Shown in pieces: positions 7,037 through 12,581 of a stretch of 12,581 bases of DNA. Source of the stretch: a bacterium (GTDB lineage: Bacteria > Zhuqueibacterota > Zhuqueibacteria > Oceanimicrobiales > Oceanimicrobiaceae); the NCBI GenBank assembly GCA_046757165.1, contig JBHHXT010000138.1, positions 1 through 12,581 of the forward strand, given 5' to 3'. The notes under the pieces were generated by a model. It saw nothing but the letters and a program-made list of their open reading frames with translations. It made no database searches and was not told the origin of the DNA. Each line of letters begins with the position of its first letter. Position 1 is the stretch's first letter. A program made the translations under genes and the position numbers.

Positions 7037-8269
7037 CTACTTTTCGATGCCGGGTTTGATGATCCATTCCTCGAAGGGCCGAATCTGACCGCTTTCCGGC
7101 CCCATGACATGCCGGAAGTTGGCAAATCTGTCGACATTGACAATGTAGTGCGTCAACCACTTAAAATAGAGAAACGTCACCGGCTGGTCCTGGTTGATCA
7201 CGTTTTGCATACTTTTGATGAGGGTCTTCTTGCGCCGCTGACTGGTTGCCTCATCATGAAAACTGAGATACCTCTCGAAGGTTCTGCTGGAGTAGCCACA
7301 ATAATTCATCTCGCCATTCCTGGAAAAAAACGCCCGCAGGCTCTCGACACTGTTTTCAAAGGTGTAATCCATCAACACCGCCTCGAAGTCGCCCAGGGCG
7401 AGCCGGTCATTCATTTCCGCTTTCGTCAAAGGCTTGGGCTGAACGTCAATGCCAAGTTTGATGAGGTTGATTTTGATGATTCGTGAAATCGCCTCATCCA
7501 GTCTCAGCCCCTTTTGGTAGTAAAGCTGCATGATGAAGGGTCGCCCATCTTTCTCCAGAATACCATCCCGGTTGGTGTCTCGCCACCCTGCATGCACCAA
7601 TGTTCGCTGCGCCAGGCGGGGGTTATATTTGTAAGATTTCATGCCAGAGTTATACAGCGGCGAGTCATCATCGAAAGGCCCTCTGGCGAGATTGGCTTTG
7701 CCGCCACGGATAATCTTCTTGATAATATACTCATGGTCGATGCCATACGAGATCGCGGTTCGGATTTCAGCCGAGGCAAAGAGTGGATTGCGGTGGTTAT
7801 AGGCGATCAACTTCACCGTATTGGGCTTCATGGGAAGCGGCAACGGCACGTAGTGGCTATTGGATTTACGGATGTCCAACGCCGAGGCCTCACTTTCGAG
7901 AACGGCAAAGTGCACCTCATCCAGAATGAGGGCAGAAATGAGGGCGCGTTCCGTTTCAAAAAAGCGGATCGTGACCATGTTCGGGTTGAAATCTTTCAGG
8001 CCGAAGTTGTAGAATTTCAACGCAACCCAGTTCTTTGACCGCCGCAGCACAGAGAAAGGCTTGCCGTTGCCCTGACCTGCTATGGAGAGAAGACCTTGTT
8101 TTGTCAACACCTTTAGCTGGCGCACGTCGGTTCGACCCACGAGCTCCCCGACGATGACTTCGCGCTTTGACTCGTGGCTCCGGGTTTGGGCGCAGAGCTT
8201 CCCGGCCTGCGGCAACCAGAAAACGCAGGTGAACATGCACAAGATGAACACAGCTTGCGGACGATTCAT
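7037..8269 (-). CDS. Family 5 (peptide/nickel-type) extracellular solute-binding protein, shortened
   Basis: C-terminal two-thirds resemble SBP_bac_5 (IAYNHRNPLF...IRTAISYGIDHE, YKYNPRLAQRTLVHAGW, IKINLIKLGIDVQ, MQNVINQDQPVTFLY). Likely start is the ATG at 8269 (410 aa), 8 nt after the trkH stop, giving signal peptide MNRPQAVFILCMFTCVFWLPQAGKLCA; the track's TTG at 8290 is an alternative. Confidence 0.85.
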   Translation of the reverse strand: MNRPQAVFILCMFTCVFWLPQAGKLCAQTRSHESKREVIVGELVGRTDVRQLKVLTKQGLLSIAGQGNGKPFSVLRRSKNWVALKFYNFGLKDFNPNMVTIRFFETERALISALILDEVHFAVLESEASALDIRKSNSHYVPLPLPMKPNTVKLIAYNHRNPLFASAEIRTAISYGIDHEYIIKKIIRGGKANLARGPFDDDSPLYNSGMKSYKYNPRLAQRTLVHAGWRDTNRDGILEKDGRPFIMQLYYQKGLRLDEAISRIIKINLIKLGIDVQPKPLTKAEMNDRLALGDFEAVLMDYTFENSVESLRAFFSRNGEMNYCGYSSRTFERYLSFHDEATSQRRKKTLIKSMQNVINQDQPVTFLYFKWLTHYIVNVDRFANFRHVMGPESGQIRPFEEWIIKPGIEK

Positions 8270-8277
8270 TGGCAAAT

Positions 8278-9719
<1,442 letters not shown>

Positions 9720-9720
<1 letters not shown>

Positions 9721-11066
9721 TATCCGAACATTTTTTCGACGTTCGCCACTGACTTCGGCAACGCAAACACCACAACTTTATCCGCCGGTTGCACAACCGT
9801 GTCCCCAACCGGGACAAACACCTGGCCACCGCGGGTGACGGCCCCGATGATGGCCCCTGCTGGAAACTTGGTTTTTCGGAGAGATTTCTTCGTGATGGCC
9901 GCGCCTTGATGAGCGACCAGCTCGATGGCTTCCGCATCGATGCCGCGCAGCCGGGCCGCAGAAACCACCTCGGCGCGATGGATGAAGCGCGCGATGGCAT
10001 TGGCCGTGATGAGCCGCTTATCGACCGTGGCGTCGAGACCGATGGAGCTCATCAGCGGCAGGTACGTCGCTTGCGTGACCATCGTAATCGTGCGCCGAAC
10101 CCCAAGATGTTTCGCCAGCAACGAAGTGATGATGTTCGACTCTTGATCGTCGGTCACGGAAATAAAGGCGTCCATGTCGATGAGGCCCTCGGAGGCCAGC
10201 AAGTCAATATCCGTGCCGTCCCCCTGGATAACCAGCGTGCGCTTGAGCTGCTCGGCCACCATCTGGGATTTCACGTGGCTCGACTCGACCAATTTGATGG
10301 AGAGATCTTTGTCGCCTTCCAGCTCCTTGGCGACATGACGACCGACCTTGCCGCCGCCCAGAATCATGAGCTTCTCAATATGATCATCCGCTTTGCCGCA
10401 CAGCTCCAGCAAATCGGGTACGGACTCTGTTTTCGAGACTACAAAAATCTGGTCGCCGTTGTGGAAATAGTCATCGCCTGTGGGGATGATGGTGCGGCCG
10501 CTGCGAAAAATGGCAACCGTGCGGAAGGTCAGGTCGGACAGCTCCAGGCTGACTTCATGGAGCTGGCGATGGATAATCTTGGCCTTGGAGTCCAGTCGCA
10601 GACCGACGAGCTGAATAGCCCCGTCGGCAAACTCGATGACGTCGGTGGCAGCCGAACGCCGGATGAGCCAGACGATTTCGTTGGCCGTTTCCAACTCCGG
10701 ATTGATGATCAAATCAATGCCAAGCTGCTCGGGCGTGAGCACGGCGTGCTCGCTGCTAAACTCGGGATTACGAATGCGGGCGATCTTCTTGGCCACACCA
10801 AATTTGTCCGCCAGCATGCAAGCGACGATGTTGACTTCATCACTCGCCGAAACTGCGATGACCAGATGCGTGTCCTTGACCCCGGCCTCCATGAGCGTCT
10901 GCACACTTGAACCGCTGCCCTCAATGACCAGGATATCCAGCACCTCGTCCGCCCGACGGATCCTTTCTTTGCCGGGCTCGATCATCACGACCTCGTGGCT
11001 CTCGCGTGAAAGAAGTTTGGCCAAATGAAACCCGACCTCACCCCCGCCAATGATTATGATCCGCAA
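9720..11066 (-). CDS. trkA: Trk potassium uptake system regulatory subunit (tandem RCK domains)
   Basis: 448 aa; two Rossmann motifs (IIIIGGGEVG, LMILGGGKVG); KKIARIRN, LGIDLIINPE. TTG start preceded by RBS GAGAGGA. Confidence 0.97.
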
Positions 11067-11156
11067 ATTTGTCCTCTCGAGTTGCTAGAGTGTCTTTTTG
11101 CCTCAAATCGCTGCAGGTCGCGGCGTTCTTGCAACAGGAGCGCAAGCAGAACATTC

Positions 11157-11185
11157 AGTTTAACATTTTCTCCATAAAATAGCAA
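11157..11185 (-). promoter_or_regulatory. Putative sigma70 promoter of the trkA-trkH-SBP-HK operon
   Basis: Minus strand TTGCTA (11185-11180), 17-nt spacer ending in TGT (extended -10), TAAACT (11162-11157), about 90 nt upstream of the TTG. Confidence 0.6.
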
Positions 11186-11305
11186 GGGAAAAGAACCTGA
11201 CCCTCCCTCTGGTACAGAGATGATAAGCCGTAGAAAAGAATCGAGTTAGAGAGTGTCGATTTCAACCCCTGATAAGACTCCGGGAGAGCGCCGAGGTCAA
11301 GATGA

Positions 11306-12460
11306 CTAAGCCAGAACCTCGGTTAGTTTGTCTATCGTGAGCTGCCATTCCGGATAAGGAATCGTCAGCGGTGGGAAAACGCGCACCACAGTGGCTCCGG
11401 CGGGAAAGACCAGGACGCCTTTGTCCAGCATCTCCAGGATGACCGGCTGCGCTTTTTCTCGTAACTCAATTCCAACCATCAACCCCAGATTTCTGATTTC
11501 CCGAACCTTTGTCAGGTTGTGTTGCGAGATTTTGTTTCTGAAATAGTCGCCCTTTTCCTTCGCCTGCACATCCAGTTTATTCTCTATCATGAAGTCGATT
11601 GTCGCCAGAGCCGCCGCGCACGCGAGCGGGTTGCCGCCGAAGGTCGTCCCGTGTCTGCCGACCGGCACTTCGATCTGATCCGAGCAGACGACCGCGCCCA
11701 TGGGCACGCCGCCCGCGATGGCCTTGGCAAGACAGAGGACATCCGGTTGCAGGTCGAAGTGCTCGCACGCGAACATCTTCCCGGTTCTGCAAAACCCGGT
11801 CTGGATCTCGTCGATGATCAGCAGACAGCCGGCGTCGGTGCACAATTTTTTTGCTTGCCGCAAGTACTCGCCCTGGGCGATATTCACGCCGCCTTCGCCC
11901 TGGACGATCTCCAGCAGGACGGCGGCCGTTTTGTCCGTCACCTTTTCCTCGAGTTTTTCAAAATGGTTGAAGGGCGTAAAAGTGAAGCCCGGGAGGACAG
12001 GCTCGTACGGTTTTCTGTACTCCAGCTTGAACGTCGCGCTCATGGCGCCAAATGTGCGCCCATGAAAGCCGCGCATGGCGCACACGAACTCTGTCTTGCC
12101 GGTGGTAAAGCGGGCAAATTTTAGCGCCGCTTCGATGGCCTCTGTGCCAGAGTTGCATAAAAACGCCCGCTTTAGATTCTCTGGCGTGATCTGAATCAAC
12201 TTCTCCAGAAGGGCGGCCTTTTTGTCGTTGTAGAAAACATTGGGGCAGGTGAGCAAGATCTTCGCCTGCTCGCTGATCGCCTGCACCACGTGCTCGTTAC
12301 AATGGCCCAAATTGGCGACCCCATGGCCGCAGACGCAGTCGATGTACGGCTTGCCGTCCTCGTCCCAGACCGTGGCATTCTTGCCTCGCACGAGCGCCAC
12401 ATTTCTTTTTGCGTACACATCAAATTCGAAAGCCTGTTGTCTTTCGATGACCGTTTTCAT
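11306..12460 (-). CDS. lysJ: Class-III PLP aminotransferase, LysW-aminoadipate-semialdehyde/acetylornithine transaminase (LysJ/ArgD family)
   Basis: 384 aa; LCNSGTEAIEAALK, GFHGRTFG, IIDEIQTGFCRTG, PLP lysine in LAKAIAGG, HGTTFGGNPLA. YIDCVCGHGVANLGH and YRKPYEPVLP look more like LysJ than canonical ArgD. The family is secure; lysJ versus argD is less so. Confidence 0.75.
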   Translation of the reverse strand: MKTVIERQQAFEFDVYAKRNVALVRGKNATVWDEDGKPYIDCVCGHGVANLGHCNEHVVQAISEQAKILLTCPNVFYNDKKAALLEKLIQITPENLKRAFLCNSGTEAIEAALKFARFTTGKTEFVCAMRGFHGRTFGAMSATFKLEYRKPYEPVLPGFTFTPFNHFEKLEEKVTDKTAAVLLEIVQGEGGVNIAQGEYLRQAKKLCTDAGCLLIIDEIQTGFCRTGKMFACEHFDLQPDVLCLAKAIAGGVPMGAVVCSDQIEVPVGRHGTTFGGNPLACAAALATIDFMIENKLDVQAKEKGDYFRNKISQHNLTKVREIRNLGLMVGIELREKAQPVILEMLDKGVLVFPAGATVVRVFPPLTIPYPEWQLTIDKLTEVLA

Positions 12461-12511
12461 ACCCTTTTTCCTTCACTCACTAACTAATTTTTTTCGCAGA
12501 CTTCGCTCGAA

Positions 12512-12581
12512 AAAAGTCATTTAGCGCATCGCGCCGTCATTTGCCCTACGACGTCATTTGGTCCTTGCTTGCTCAATGACG
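12512..12581. repeat. Nested palindromic repeat element, copy 2 (cut off by the window edge)
   Basis: Aligns to 1530-1601 at 61/72 columns by manual alignment (9 substitutions, one 2-nt gap); GTCATT at 12516, 12536 and 12553; AATGAC at 12575. Confidence 0.9.

Noticed and set aside
9789..10910. 373-aa plus-strand ORF
   Set aside because: Lies entirely antisense to trkA with no recognisable motifs; a typical shadow ORF of GC-rich coding DNA.
11067..11305. Possible c-di-AMP (ydaO) riboswitch upstream of K+ transport genes
   Set aside because: The predicted leader is only about 85 nt and I cannot find the conserved ydaO elements; an Rfam cmscan would settle it.

Overview
Bacterial genomic window with eight protein-coding genes, all on the minus strand. 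In transcription order: a LysJ/ArgD-type class-III PLP aminotransferase; a tight trkA-trkH-(family 5 solute-binding protein)-(dCache/HAMP histidine kinase) cluster; a large secreted TolB-propeller/M28/PA/PDZ peptidase; a small GlsB/YeaQ/YmgE membrane protein; and a PAP2/Aur1-like membrane phosphatase/phosphotransferase. The intergenic DNA carries unexplained structure. (1) A ~103-bp nested palindrome built from three GTCATT/AATGAC pairs with triloop side-hairpins occurs twice in the same orientation, each copy starting exactly 56 nt upstream of a start codon. (2) A 133-bp MITE has GTAAC termini and a perfect 8-bp target duplication (IS66-like). (3) A bipartite direct repeat brackets the trkA promoter. 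Protein-level oddities are an orphan family 5 SBP that appears to lack its middle domain, placed between a K+ uptake system and a kinase with no adjacent response regulator, and an M28 peptidase with His->Asn at its last metal-ligand position. Family assignments come from motifs recognised by eye; no database searches were run.
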